DNA of 64,000 nt from Eledone cirrhosa (Eukaryota): positions 16,430,001-16,494,000 of the forward strand of contig OZ024744.1 in assembly GCA_964016885.1 (NCBI GenBank). The letters run 5' to 3'. The notes under the pieces are model-generated. The model was not told the origin of the DNA and ran no database searches. It worked only from the letters and a program-made list of their open reading frames with translations. The translations under genes and the position numbers were made by a program. The first letter of the stretch is position 1. Each line of letters begins with the position of its first letter. Shown piece after piece: positions 1-13,300 of this stretch.

Positions 1-1149
1 GTTCACCTGAAGAATGTGTCCTGTGTTTACTGTAGTACTGTGTAAAGTGTACTGTTCACGTAAAGAATGTGTTCTGTGTTGACTGCAGTACTGTGTAAAG
101 TGTACTGTTCACCTGAAGAATGTGTCCTGTGTTTACTGTAGTACTGTGTAAATTGTACTGTACACGTGAAGAATGTGTTCTGTGTTTACTGTAGTACTGT
201 GTAATGTGTACTGTTCAGCTGATGAATTTGTTCTGTGTTTACTGTAGTACTGTGTAAAGTGTACTGTTCAGTTGAAGAAAGTGTCCTCTGTTTACTGTAG
301 TAATGTGTAAAGTGTACTGTTCAGCTGACGAATGTGTCCTGTGTATACTGTAGTACTGTGTAAAGTGTACTGTTCACCTGAAGAATGTCTCCTGTGTTTA
401 CTGTAGTAATGTGTAAATTGTACTGTTCACCTGAAGAATGTGTTCTGTGTTGACTGCAGTACTGTGTAAAGTGTACTGTTCACCTGAAGAATGTGTCCTG
501 TGTTTACTGTAGTACTGTTTAAAGTGTACTGTTCAGATGAAGAATGTGTCCTGTGTTTACTGTAGTAATGTGTAAAGTGTACTGTTCAGCTGATGAATGT
601 GTCCTGTGTTTACTGTAGTACTGTGTAAAGTGTACAGTTCAGATGAAGAATGTGTCCTGTGTTTACTGTAGTACTGTGTAAAGTGTACTGTTCAGCTGAA
701 GAATGTGTCCTGTGTTTACTGTAGTACTGTGTAAAGTGTACTGTTCACCTGAAGAATGTGTCCTGTGTTTACTGTAGTACTGTGTAAAGTGTACTGTTCA
801 CCTGAAGAATGTGTCCTGTGTTTACTGTAGTACTGTGTAAAGTGTACTGTTCACATGAAGAATGTGTCCTGCGTTTACTTTAGTACTGTGTAAAGTGTAC
901 TGTTCACCTGAAGAAGGTGTCCTGTGTTTACTTTAGTACTGTGTAAAGTGTACTGTTCACATGAAGAATGTGTCCTGTGTTTACTGTAGTACTGTGTAAA
1001 TTGTACTGTACACGTGAAGAATGTGTTCTGTGTTTACTGTAGTAATGTGTAAAGTGTACTGTTCAGCTGAAAAATGTGTCCTGTGTTTACTGTAGTACTG
1101 TGTAAATTGTACTTTTCACCTGAAGAATGTGTGCTGTGTTGACTGCAGT

Positions 1150-1680
1150 ACTGTGTAAAGTGTACTGTTCACCTGAAGAATGTGTCCTGTGTTTACTGTA
1201 GTACTGTCTAAAGTGTACTGTTTACATGAAGAATGTGTCCTGTGTTTACTGTAGTACTGTGTAAAGTGTACTGTTCACCTGAAGAATGTGTCCTGTGTTT
1301 ACTGTAGTACTGTGTAAAGTGTACTGTTCAGCTGAAGAATGTGTCCTGTGATTACTGTAGTACTTTGTAAAGCGTAATGTTCAGCTGAAGAATGTGTCCT
1401 GTGTTTACTGTAGTACTGTGTAAAGTGTACTGTTCACCTGAAGAATGTGTCCTGTGTTTACTGTAGTACTGTCTAAAGTGTACTGTTCACATGAAGAATG
1501 TGTCCTGTGTTTACTGTAGTACTGTGTAAAGTGTACTGTTCACCTGAAGAATGTGTCCTGTGTTTACTGTAGTACTGTGTAAAGTGTACTGTTCAGCTGA
1601 AGAATGTGTCCTGTGATTACTGTAGTACTTTGTAAAGCGTAATGTTCAGATGAAGAATGTGTTCTGTGTTTACTGTGGTA
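1150..1680 (+). repeat. 5-monomer (265 bp) local tandem duplication
   Basis: The variant string ATTACTGTAGTACTTTGTAAAGCGTAATG occurs at 1351 and 1616 (265 = 5x53). Each copy is preceded by the same TGTCTAAAG/CATGAAG variants. Confidence 0.8.
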
Positions 1681-2425
1681 CTGTGTAAAGTGTACTGTTC
1701 ACCTGAAGAATGTGTCCTGTGTTTACTGTAGTACTGTCTAAAGTGTACTGTTCACATGAAGAATGTGTCCTGTGTTTACTGTAGTACTGCGTAAAGTGTA
1801 CTGTTCACCTGACGAAAGTGTCCTGTCTTTACTGTAGTAGTGTGTAAAGTGTGCTGTTCAGCTGAAGAATGTGTCCTGTGTTTACTATAGTACTGTGTAA
1901 AGTATACTTTTCAACTGAAGAATGTGTCCTGTGTTGACTGTATTACTGTGTAAAGTGTACTGTTCACCTGAAGAATGTGTCCTGCGTTTACTTTAGTACT
2001 GTGTAAAGTGTACTGTTCACCTGAAGAATGTGTCCTGTGTTTACTTTAGTACTGTGTAAAGTGTACTGTTCAACTGAGGAATGTGTCCTGTGTTTACTGT
2101 AGTACTGTGTAAAGTGTACTGTTCACCTGAAGAATGTGTCCTGTGTTTACTGTAGTACTGTGTAAAGTGTACTGTTCAGCTGAAGAATGTGTTCTGTGTT
2201 TACTGTGGTACTGTGTAAAGTGTACTGTTCACCTGAAGAATGTGTCCTGTGTTTACTGTAGTACTGTGTAAAATGTACTGTTCACCTGACGAAAGTGTCC
2301 TGTGTTTACTGTAGTAGTGTGTAAAGTGTGCTGTTCAGCTGAAGAATGTGTCCTGTGTTTACTATAGTACTGTGTAAAGTGTAATTTTCAACTGAAGAAT
2401 GTGTCCTGTGTTTACTGTAGTACAG

Positions 2426-5400
2426 TGTAAAGTGTACTGTTCAGCTGAGGAATGTGTCCTGTGTTTACTGTAGTACTGTGTAAAGTGTACTGTTCAGCTG
2501 AGGAATGTGTCCTGTGTTTACTATAGTACTGTGTACATGTACTGTTCAGCTGAAGAATGTGTCCTGTGTTTACTGTAGTACTTTGTAAAGTGTAATGTTC
2601 AGCTGAAGAATGTATCCTGTGTTTACTGTAGTACTGTGTAAAGTGTACTGTTGAGCTGAAGAATGTGTTGTGTTGACTTCAGTACTGTGTAAAGTGTACT
2701 GTTCACCTGAAGAATGTGTCCTGTGTTTACTTTAGTACTGTGTAAAGTGTACTGTTCACCTGAAGAATATGTCCTGTGTTTACTGTTGTACTTTGTACAG
2801 TGTACTGTTCAGCTGACGAATGTGTCCTGTGTTTACTGTAGTACTGTGTAAAGTGTACTGTTCAGCTGACGAATGTGTCCTGTGTTTACTGTAGTACTGT
2901 GTATAGTGTACTGTTCACATGAAGAATGTGTCCTGTGTTTACTTAAGTACTGTGTAATGTGTACTGTTCACATGAAGAATGTGTCCTTTGTTTACTGTAG
3001 TACTGTGTAAAGTGTACTGTTCACCTGAAGAATGTGTCCTGTGTTTACTGTAGTACTGTGTAAATTGTACTGTTCACGTGAAGAATGTGTTCTGTGTTGA
3101 CTGTAGTACTGTGTAAAGTGTACTGTTCCCCAGAGGAATGTTTCCTGCGTTTACTTTAGTACTGTGTAAAGTGTACTGTTCACCTGGAGAATGTGTCCTG
3201 TGTTTACTGTAGTACTGTCTAAAATGTACTGTTCAGCTGAGGAATGTGTCCTGTGTTTACTGTAGTACTGTGTAAAATGTACTTTTCACCTGAGGAATGT
3301 GTCCTGTGTTTACTGTAGTACTGTGTAAAATGTACTGTTCACCTGAGGAATGTGTACTGTGTTTACTGTAGTACTGTGTAAAATGTACTGTTCACCTGAG
3401 GAATGTGTCCTGTGTTTACTGTAGTACTGTGTAATGCGTACTGTTCACCTGAAGAATGTGTCCTGTGTTTACTGTAGTACTGTGTAAAATGTACTGTTCA
3501 CCTGAGGAATGTGTCCTGTGTTTACTGTAGTACTGTGTAATGCGTACTGTTCAGCTGAAGAATGTGTCCTGTGTTTACTGTAGTACTGTGTAAAGTGTAC
3601 TGTTCATCTGAGGAATGTGTCCTGAGTTTAGTGTAGTACTGTGTAATGTGTACTGTTCAGCTGATGAATTTGTTCTGTGTTTACTGTAGTACTGTGTGAC
3701 GTGTACTGTTCACATGAAGAATGTGTCCTGTGTTTACTGTAGTACTGTGTAAAGTGTACTGTTCACCTGAAGAATCTGTCCTCTGTTTTCTGTAGTAATG
3801 TGTAAAGTGTAATGTTCAGCTGAAGAATGTGTCCTGTGTTTACTGTAGAACTGTGTACAGTGTACTGTTCAGTTGAAGAATGTGTCCCGTGTTTACTCTA
3901 GTACTGTGTAACGTGTACTGTTCACCTGAAGAAAGTGTCCTGTGTTTACTGTAGTACTGTGTACAGTGTACTGTTCACCTGAAGAATGTGTCCTGTGTTT
4001 ACTGTAGTACTGTTTAAAGTGTACTGTTCAGCTGAAGAATGTGTCCTGTGTTTACTGTAGTACTGTGTAACGTGTACTCTTCACCTGAAGAATGTGTCCT
4101 GTGTTTACTGTAGTACTGTGTAAAGTGTACTGTTCACGTGAAGAATGTGTTCTGTGTTGACTGCAGTACTGTGTAAAGTGTACTGTTCAGCTGAGGAATG
4201 TGTCCTGTGTTTACTGTAGAACTGTGTAAAGTGTACTGTTCACCTGAAGAATGTGTCCTGTGTTTACTGTAGTACTGTGTAAATTGTACTGTTCACCTGA
4301 AGAATGTGTTCTGTGTTGACTGCAGTACTGTGTAAAGTGTACTGTTCACCTGAAGAATGTGTCCTGTGTTTACTGTAGTTCTGAGTAAACTGTACTGTTC
4401 ACCTGAAGAATGTGTCCTGTGTTTATTGTAGTACTGTGTAAAGTGTACTGTTCAGCTGAAGAATGCGTCCTTTGTTTACTGTAGTAACGTGTAATGTGTA
4501 CTGTTCACCTGAAGAATGTGTCCTGTGTTTACTGTAGTACTGTGTAAAGTGTACTGTTCAGCTGAAGAATCTGTCCTGTGTTTACTGTAGTACTGTGTAA
4601 AGTGTACTGTTCAGCTGACGAATGGTTCCAGTATTTACTGTAGTAATGTGTAAAGTGTACTGTTCACCGGAAGTATGTGTCCTGTGTTTACTGTAGTACT
4701 GTGTAAAGTGTACTGTTCACCTGAAGAATGTGTCCTGCGTTTACTGTAGTACTGTGTAAAGTGTACTGTTCACCTGAAGAATGTGTCCTGTGTTTACTGT
4801 GGTACTGTGTAAAGTGTACTGTTCAGCTGAAGAATGTGTCCTGTGTTTTTCTCTAGTACTGTGTAAAGTGTACTGTTCACCTGAAGAATATGTCCTCTGT
4901 TTAACATAGTAATGTGTAAAGTGTACAGTTCACCTGAAGAATGTGTCCTGTGTTTACTGTGGTAGTGTGTAACGTGTACTGTTCAGCTGAAGAATGTGTC
5001 CTGTGTTTACTGTAGTACTGTGTACAGTGTACTGTTCAGTTGAAGAATGTGTCCCGTGTTTACTGTAGTACTGTGTAACGTGTACTGTTCAGCTGAAGAA
5101 TGTGTCCTGTGTTTACTGTAGTACTGTGGAAAGTGTACTCTTCACCTGAAGAATGTGTCCTGTGTTTATTGTAGTACTGTGTAAAGTGTAGTGTTCAGTT
5201 GAAGAATGTGTCCTGTGTTTACTGTAGTAACGTGTAAAGTGTACTGTTCAGCTGACGAATGTGTCCTGTGTATACTGTAGTACTGTGTAAAGTGTACTGT
5301 TCACCTGAAGAATGTCGCCTGTGTTTACTGTAGTACTGTGTAAAGTGTACTGTTCACCTGAAGAATGTGACCTGTGTTTACTGTACTACTTTGTAAAGTG

Positions 5401-8400
5401 TAATGTTCAGCTGAAGAATGTGTCCTGTGTTTACTGTAGTACTGTGTAAAGTGTACTGTTCACCTGAAGAATGTGTCCTCTGTTTACTGTAGTACTGTGT
5501 AAAATGTACTGTTCACCTGACGAAAGTGTCCTGTGTTTACTGTAGTACTGTGTAAACTGTACTGTTCAGCTGAGGAATGTGTCTTGTGTTTACTGTAGTA
5601 CTGTGTAATGTGTACTGTTCAGCTGAAGAATGTGTCCTGTGTTTACTGTAGTACTGTGTAAAGTGTACTGTTCAGTTGAAGAAAGTGTCCTCTGTTTACT
5701 GTAGTAATGTGTGAAGTGTACTGTTCAGCTGATGAATGTGTCCTGTGTATACTGTAGTACTGTGTAAAGTGTATTGTTCACCTGAAGAATGTCTCCTGTG
5801 TTTACTGTGGTACTGTGTAAAGTGTACTGTTCACCTGAAGAATGTGTCCTGTGTTTACTGTAGTACTGTCTAAAGTGTACTGTTCACATGAAGAACGTGT
5901 CCTGTGTTTACTGTAGTACTGTGTAAAGTGTACTGTTCACGTGAAAAATGTGTCCTGTGTATACTGTAGTACTGTGTAAAGTGTACTGTTCACCTGAAGA
6001 ATGTCGCCTGTGTTTACTGTAGTACTGTGTAAAGTGTAATGTTCAGCTGAAGAATGTGTCCTGTGTTTACTGTAGTACTGTGTAAAGTGTACTGTTCACC
6101 TGAAGAATGTGTCCTCTGTTTACTGTAGTACTGTGTAAAATGTACTGTTCACCTGACGAAAGTGTCCTGTGCTTACTGTAGTACTGTGTAAACTGTACTG
6201 TTCAGCTGAGGAATGTGTCTTGTGTTTACTGTAGTACTGTGTAAAGTGTACTGTTCAGTTGAAGAAAGTGTCCTCTGTTTTACTGTAGTAATGTGTAAAG
6301 TGTACTGTTCAGCTGACGAATGTGTCCTGTGTATACTGTAGTACTGTGTAAAGTGTATTGTTCACCTGAAGAATGTCTCCTGTGTTTACTGTGGTACTGT
6401 GTAAAGTGTACTGTTCAGCTGAGGAATGTGTCCTGTGTTTACTGTAGTACTGTGTAAAGTGTACTGTTCAGCTGAGGAATGTGTCCTGTGTTTACTATAG
6501 TACTGTGTACATGTACTGTTCAGCTGAAGAATGTGTCCTGTGTTTACTGTAGTACTTTGTAAAGTGTAATGTTCAGCTGAAGAATGTATCCTGTGTTTAC
6601 TGTAGTACTGTGTAAAGTGTACTGTTGAGCTGAAGAATGTGTTGTGTTGACTTCAGTACTGTGTAAAGTGTACTGTTCACCTGAAGAATGTGTCCTGTGT
6701 TTACTTTAGTACTGTGTAAAGTGTACTGTTCACCTGAAGAATATGTCCTGTGTTTACTGTTGTACTTTGTACAGTGTACTGTTCAGCTGACGAATGTGTC
6801 CTGTGTTTACTGTAGTACTGTGTAAAGTGTACTGTTCAGCTGACGAATGTGTCCTGTGTTTACTGTAGTACTGTGTATAGTGTACTGTTCACATGAAGAA
6901 TGTGTCCTGTGTTTACTTAAGTACTGTGTAATGTGTACTGTTCACATGAAGAATGTGTCCTTTGTTTACTGTAGTACTGTGTAAAGTGTACTGTTCACCT
7001 GAAGAATGTGTCCTGTGTTTACTGTAGTACTGTGTAAATTGTACTGTTCACGTGAAGAATGTGTTCTGTGTTGACTGTAGTACTGTGTAAAGTGTACTGT
7101 TCCCCAGAGGAATGTTTCCTGCGTTTACTTTAGTACTGTGTAAAGTGTACTGTTCACCTGGAGAATGTGTCCTGTGTTTACTGTAGTACTGTCTAAAATG
7201 TACTGTTCAGCTGAGGAATGTGTCCTGTGTTTACTGTAGTACTGTGTAAAATGTACTTTTCACCTGAGGAATGTGTCCTGTGTTTACTGTAGTACTGTGT
7301 AAAATGTACTGTTCACCTGAGGAATGTGTACTGTGTTTACTGTAGTACTGTGTAAAATGTACTGTTCACCTGAGGAATGTGTCCTGTGTTTACTGTAGTA
7401 CTGTGTAATGCGTACTGTTCACCTGAAGAATGTGTCCTGTGTTTACTGTAGTACTGTGTAAAATGTACTGTTCACCTGAGGAATGTGTCCTGTGTTTACT
7501 GTAGTACTGTGTAATGCGTACTGTTCAGCTGAAGAATGTGTCCTGTGTTTACTGTAGTACTGTGTAAAGTGTACTGTTCATCTGAGGAATGTGTCCTGAG
7601 TTTAGTGTAGTACTGTGTAATGTGTACTGTTCAGCTGATGAATTTGTTCTGTGTTTACTGTAGTACTGTGTAACGTGTACTGTTCACATGAAGAATGTGT
7701 CCTGTGTTTACTGTAGTACTGTGTAAAGTGTACTGTTCACCTGAAGAATCTGTCCTCTGTTTTCTGTAGTAATGTGTAAAGTGTAATGTTCAGCTGAAGA
7801 ATGTGTCCTGTGTTTACTGTAGAACTGTGTACAGTGTACTGTTCAGTTGAAGAATGTGTCCCGTGTTTACTCTAGTACTGTGTAACGTGTACTGTTCACC
7901 TGAAGAAAGTGTCCTGTGTTTACTGTAGTACTGTGTACAGTGTACTGTTCACCTGAAGAATGTGTCCTGTGTTTACTGTAGTACTGTTTAAAGTGTACTG
8001 TTCAGCTGAAGAATGTGTCCTGTGTTTACTGTAGTACTGTGTAACGTGTACTCTTCACCTGAAGAATGTGTCCTGTGTTTACTGTAGTACTGTGTAAAGT
8101 GTACTGTTCACGTGAAGAATGTGTTCTGTGTTGACTGCAGTACTGTGTAAAGTGTACTGTTCAGCTGAGGAATGTGTCCTGTGTTTACTGTAGAACTGTG
8201 TAAAGTGTACTGTTCACCTGAAGAATGTGTCCTGTGTTTACTGTAGTACTGTGTAAATTGTACTGTTCACCTGAAGAATGTGTTCTGTGTTGACTGCAGT
8301 ACTGTGTAAAGTGTACTGTTCACCTGAAGAATGTGTCCTGTGTTTACTGTAGTTCTGAGTAAACTGTACTGTTCACCTGAAGAATGTGTCCTGTGTTTAT

Positions 8401-10385
8401 TGTAGTACTGTGTAAAGTGTACTGTTCAGCTGAAGAATGCGTCCTTTGTTTACTGTAGTAACGTGTAAAGTGTACTGTTCACCTGAAGAATGTGTCCTGT
8501 GTTTACTGTAGTACTGTGTAAAGTGTACTGTTCAGCTGAAGAATGTGTCCTGTGTTTACTGTAGTACTGTGTAAAGTGTACTGTTCAGCTGACGAATGGT
8601 TCCAGTATTTACTGTAGTAATGTGTAAAGTGTACTGTTCACCGGAAGTATGTGTCCTGTGTTTACTGTAGTACTGTGTAAAGTGTACTGTTCACCTGAAG
8701 AATGTGTCCTGCGTTTACTGTAGTACTGTGTAAAGTGTACTGTTCACCTGAAGAATGTGTCCTGTGTTTACTGTGGTACTGTGTAAAGTGTACTGTTCAG
8801 CTGAAGAATGTGTCCTGTGTTTTTCTCTAGTACTGTGTAAAGTGTACTGTTCACCTGAAGAATATGTCCTCTGTTTAACATAGTAATGTGTAAAGTGTAC
8901 AGTTCACCTGAAGAATGTGTCCTGTGTTTACTGTGGTAGTGTGTAACGTGTACTGTTCAGCTGAAGAATGTGTCCTGTGTTTACTGTAGTACTGTGTACA
9001 GTGTACTGTTCAGTTGAAGAATGTGTCCCGTGTTTACTGTAGTACTGTGTAACGTGTACTGTTCAGCTGAAGAATGTGTCCTGTGTTTACTGTAGTACTG
9101 TGGAAAGTGTACTCTTCACCTGAAGAATGTGTCCTGTGTTTATTGTAGTACTGTGTAAAGTGTAGTGTTCAGTTGAAGAATGTGTCCTGTGTTTACTGTA
9201 GTAACGTGTAAAGTGTACTGTTCAGCTGACGAATGTGTCCTGTGTATACTGTAGTACTGTGTAAAGTGTACTGTTCACCTGAAGAATGTCGCCTGTGTTT
9301 ACTGTAGTACTGTGTAAAGTGTACTGTTCACCTGAAGAATGTGACCTGTGTTTACTGTACTACTTTGTAAAGTGTAATGTTCAGCTGAAGAATGTGTCCT
9401 GTGTTTACTGTAGTACTGTGTAAAGTGTACTGTTCACCTGAAGAATGTGTCCTCTGTTTACTGTAGTACTGTGTAAAATGTACTGTTCACCTGACGAAAG
9501 TGTCCTGTGTTTACTGTAGTACTGTGTAAACTGTACTGTTCAGCTGAGGAATGTGTCTTGTGTTTACTGTAGTACTGTGTAATGTGTACTGTTCAGCTGA
9601 AGAATGTGTCCTGTGTTTACTGTAGTACTGTGTAAAGTGTACTGTTCAGTTGAAGAAAGTGTCCTCTGTTTACTGTAGTAATGTGTGAAGTGTACTGTTC
9701 AGCTGATGAATGTGTCCTGTGTATACTGTAGTACTGTGTAAAGTGTATTGTTCACCTGAAGAATGTCTCCTGTGTTTACTGTGGTACTGTGTAAAGTGTA
9801 CTGTTCACCTGAAGAATGTGTCCTGTGTTTACTGTAGTACTGTCTAAAGTGTACTGTTCACATGAAGAACGTGTCCTGTGTTTACTGTAGTACTGTGTAA
9901 AGTGTACTGTTCACGTGAAAAATGTGTCCTGTGTATACTGTAGTACTGTGTAAAGTGTACTGTTCACCTGAAGAATGTCGCCTGTGTTTACTGTAGTACT
10001 GTGTAAAGTGTAATGTTCAGCTGAAGAATGTGTCCTGTGTTTACTGTAGTACTGTGTAAAGTGTACTGTTCACCTGAAGAATGTGTCCTCTGTTTACTGT
10101 AGTACTGTGTAAAATGTACTGTTCACCTGACGAAAGTGTCCTGTGCTTACTGTAGTACTGTGTAAACTGTACTGTTCAGCTGAGGAATGTGTCTTGTGTT
10201 TACTGTAGTACTGTGTAAAGTGTACTGTTCAGTTGAAGAAAGTGTCCTCTGTTTTACTGTAGTAATGTGTAAAGTGTACTGTTCAGCTGACGAATGTGTC
10301 CTGTGTATACTGTAGTACTGTGTAAAGTGTATTGTTCACCTGAAGAATGTCTCCTGTGTTTACTGTGGTACTGTGTAAAGTGTAC
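2426..10385 (+). repeat. Higher-order tandem duplication with a 3974-bp unit (75 monomers): copies A (~2426-6400) and B (~6400-10385)
   Basis: Rare markers recur at the same offset: TTGAGCTGAAG at 2651/6625 and GGTTCCAGTATT at 4624/8598 (both +3974). The order of intervening variants is identical. Confidence 0.92.
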
Positions 10386-13300
10386 TGTTCACCTGAAGAA
10401 TGTGTCCTGTGTTTACTGTAGTACTGTCTAAAGTGTACTGTTCACATGAAGAATGTGTCCTGTGTTTACTGTAGTACTGTGTAACATGTACTGTTCAGCT
10501 GAGGAATGTGTCCTGTGTTTACTGTAGTACTGTGTAAAATGTACTGTTCACCTGAGGAATGTGTCCTGTGTTTACTGTAGTACTGTGTAACATGTACTGT
10601 TCAGCTGAGGAATGTGTCCTGTGTTTACTGTAGTACTGTGTAAAATGTACTGTTCACCTGAGGAATGTGTCCTGTGTTTACTGTAGTACTGTGTAATGCG
10701 TACTGTTCAGCTGAAGAATGTGTCCTGTGTTTACTGTAGTACTGTGTAAAGTGTACTGTTCATCTGAGGAATGTGTCCTGAGTTTAGTGTAGTACTGTGT
10801 AATGTGTACTGTTCAGCTGATGAATTTGTTCTGTGTTTACTGTAGTACTGTGTGACGTGTACTGTTCACATGAAGAATGTGTCCTGTGTTTACTGTAGTA
10901 CTGTGTAAAGTGTACTGTTCACCTGAAGAATCTGTCCTCTGTTTTCTGTAGTAATGTGTAAAGTGTAATGTTCAGCTGAAGAATGTGTCCTGTGTTTACT
11001 GTAGAACTGTGTACAGTGTACTGTTCAGTTGAAGAATGTGTCCCGTGTTTACTCTAGTACTGTGTAACGTGTACTGTTCACCTGAAGAAAGTGTCCTGTG
11101 TTTACTGTAGTACTGTGTACAGTGTACTGTTCACCTGAAGAATGTGTCCTGTGTTTACTGTAGTACTGTTTAAAGTGTACTGTTCAGCTGAAGAATGTGT
11201 CCTGTGTTTACTGTAGAACTGTGTAAAGTGTACTGTTCACCTGAAGAATGTGTCCTGTGTTTACTGTAGTACTGTGTAAATTGTACTGTTCACCTGAAGA
11301 ATGTGTTCTGTGTTGACTGCAGTACTGTGTAAAGTGTACTGTTCACCTGAAGAATGTGTCCTGTGTTTACTGTAGTTCTGAGTAAACTGTACTGTTCACC
11401 TGAAGAATGTGTCCTGTGTTTATTGTAGTACTGTGTAAAGTGTACTGTTCAGCTGAAGAATGCGTCCTTTGTTTACTGTAGTAACGTGTAAAGTGTACTG
11501 TTCACCTGAAGAATGTGTCCTGTGTTTACTGTAGTACTGTGTAAAGTGTACTGTTCAGCTGAAGAATCTGTCCTGTGTTTACTGTAGTACTGTGTAAAGT
11601 GTACTGTTCAGCTGACGAATGGTTCCAGTATTTACTGTAGTAATGTGTAAAGTGTACTGTTCACCGGAAGTATGTGTCCTGTGTTTACTGTAGTACTGTG
11701 TAAAGTGTACTGTTCACCTGAAGAATGTGTCCTGCGTTTACTGTAGTACTGTGTAAAGTGTACTGTTCACCTGAAGAATGTGTCCTGTGTTTACTGTGGT
11801 ACTGTGTAAAGTGTACTGTTCAGCTGAAGAATGTGTCCTGTGTTTTTCTCTAGTACTGTGTAAAGTGTACTGTTCACCTGAAGAATATGTCCTCTGTTTA
11901 ACATAGTAATGTGTAAAGTGTACAGTTCACCTGAAGAATGTGTCCTGTGTTTACTGTGGTAGTGTGTAACGTGTACTGTTCAGCTGAAGAATGTGTCCTG
12001 TGTTTACTGTAGTACTGTGTACAGTGTACTGTTCAGTTGAAGAATGTGTCCCGTGTTTACTGTAGTACTGTGTAACGTGTACTGTTCAGCTGAAGAATGT
12101 GTCCTGTGTTTACTGTAGTACTGTGGAAAGTGTACTCTTCACCTGAAGAATGTGTCCTGTGTTTATTGTAGTACTGTGTAAAGTGTAGTGTTCAGTTGAA
12201 GAATGTGTCCTGTGTTTACTGTAGTAACGTGTAAAGTGTACTGTTCAGCTGACGAATGTGTCCTGTGTATACTGTAGTACTGTGTAAAGTGTACTGTTCA
12301 CCTGAAGAATGTCGCCTGTGTTTACTGTAGTACTGTGTAAAGTGTACTGTTCACCTGAAGAATGTGACCTGTGTTTACTGTACTACTTTGTAAAGTGTAA
12401 TGTTCAGCTGAAGAATGTGTCCTGTGTTTACTGTAGTACTGTGTAAAGTGTACTGTTCACCTGAAGAATGTGTCCTCTGTTTACTGTAGTACTGTGTAAA
12501 ATGTACTGTTCACCTGACGAAAGTGTCCTGTGTTTACTGTAGTACTGTGTAAACTGTACTGTTCAGCTGAGGAATGTGTCTTGTGTTTACTGTAGTACTG
12601 TGTAATGTGTACTGTTCAGCTGAAGAATGTGTCCTGTGTTTACTGTAGTACTGTGTAAAGTGTACTGTTCAGTTGAAGAAAGTGTCCTCTGTTTACTGTA
12701 GTAATGTGTGAAGTGTACTGTTCAGCTGATGAATGTGTCCTGTGTATACTGTAGTACTGTGTAAAGTGTATTGTTCACCTGAAGAATGTCTCCTGTGTTT
12801 ACTGTGGTACTGTGTAAAGTGTACTGTTCACCTGAAGAATGTGTCCTGTGTTTACTGTAGTACTGTCTAAAGTGTACTGTTCACATGAAGAACGTGTCCT
12901 GTGTTTACTGTAGTACTGTGTAAAGTGTACTGTTCACGTGAAAAATGTGTCCTGTGTATACTGTAGTACTGTGTAAAGTGTACTGTTCACCTGAAGAATG
13001 TCGCCTGTGTTTACTGTAGTACTGTGTAAAGTGTAATGTTCAGCTGAAGAATGTGTCCTGTGTTTACTGTAGTACTGTGTAAAGTGTACTGTTCACCTGA
13101 AGAATGTGTCCTCTGTTTACTGTAGTACTGTGTAAAATGTACTGTTCACCTGACGAAAGTGTCCTGTGCTTACTGTAGTACTGTGTAAACTGTACTGTTC
13201 AGCTGAGGAATGTGTCTTGTGTTTACTGTAGTACTGTGTAAAGTGTACTGTTCAGTTGAAGAAAGTGTCCTCTGTTTTACTGTAGTAATGTGTAAAGTGT

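Noticed and set aside
35-53. Regular restriction sites (ScaI AGTACT, RsaI GTAC, MboII GAAGA, PvuII CAGCTG in a subset) as a functional signal
   Set aside because: These are a trivial consequence of the monomer sequence. They are useful for a 53-bp ladder digest but are not evidence of function.
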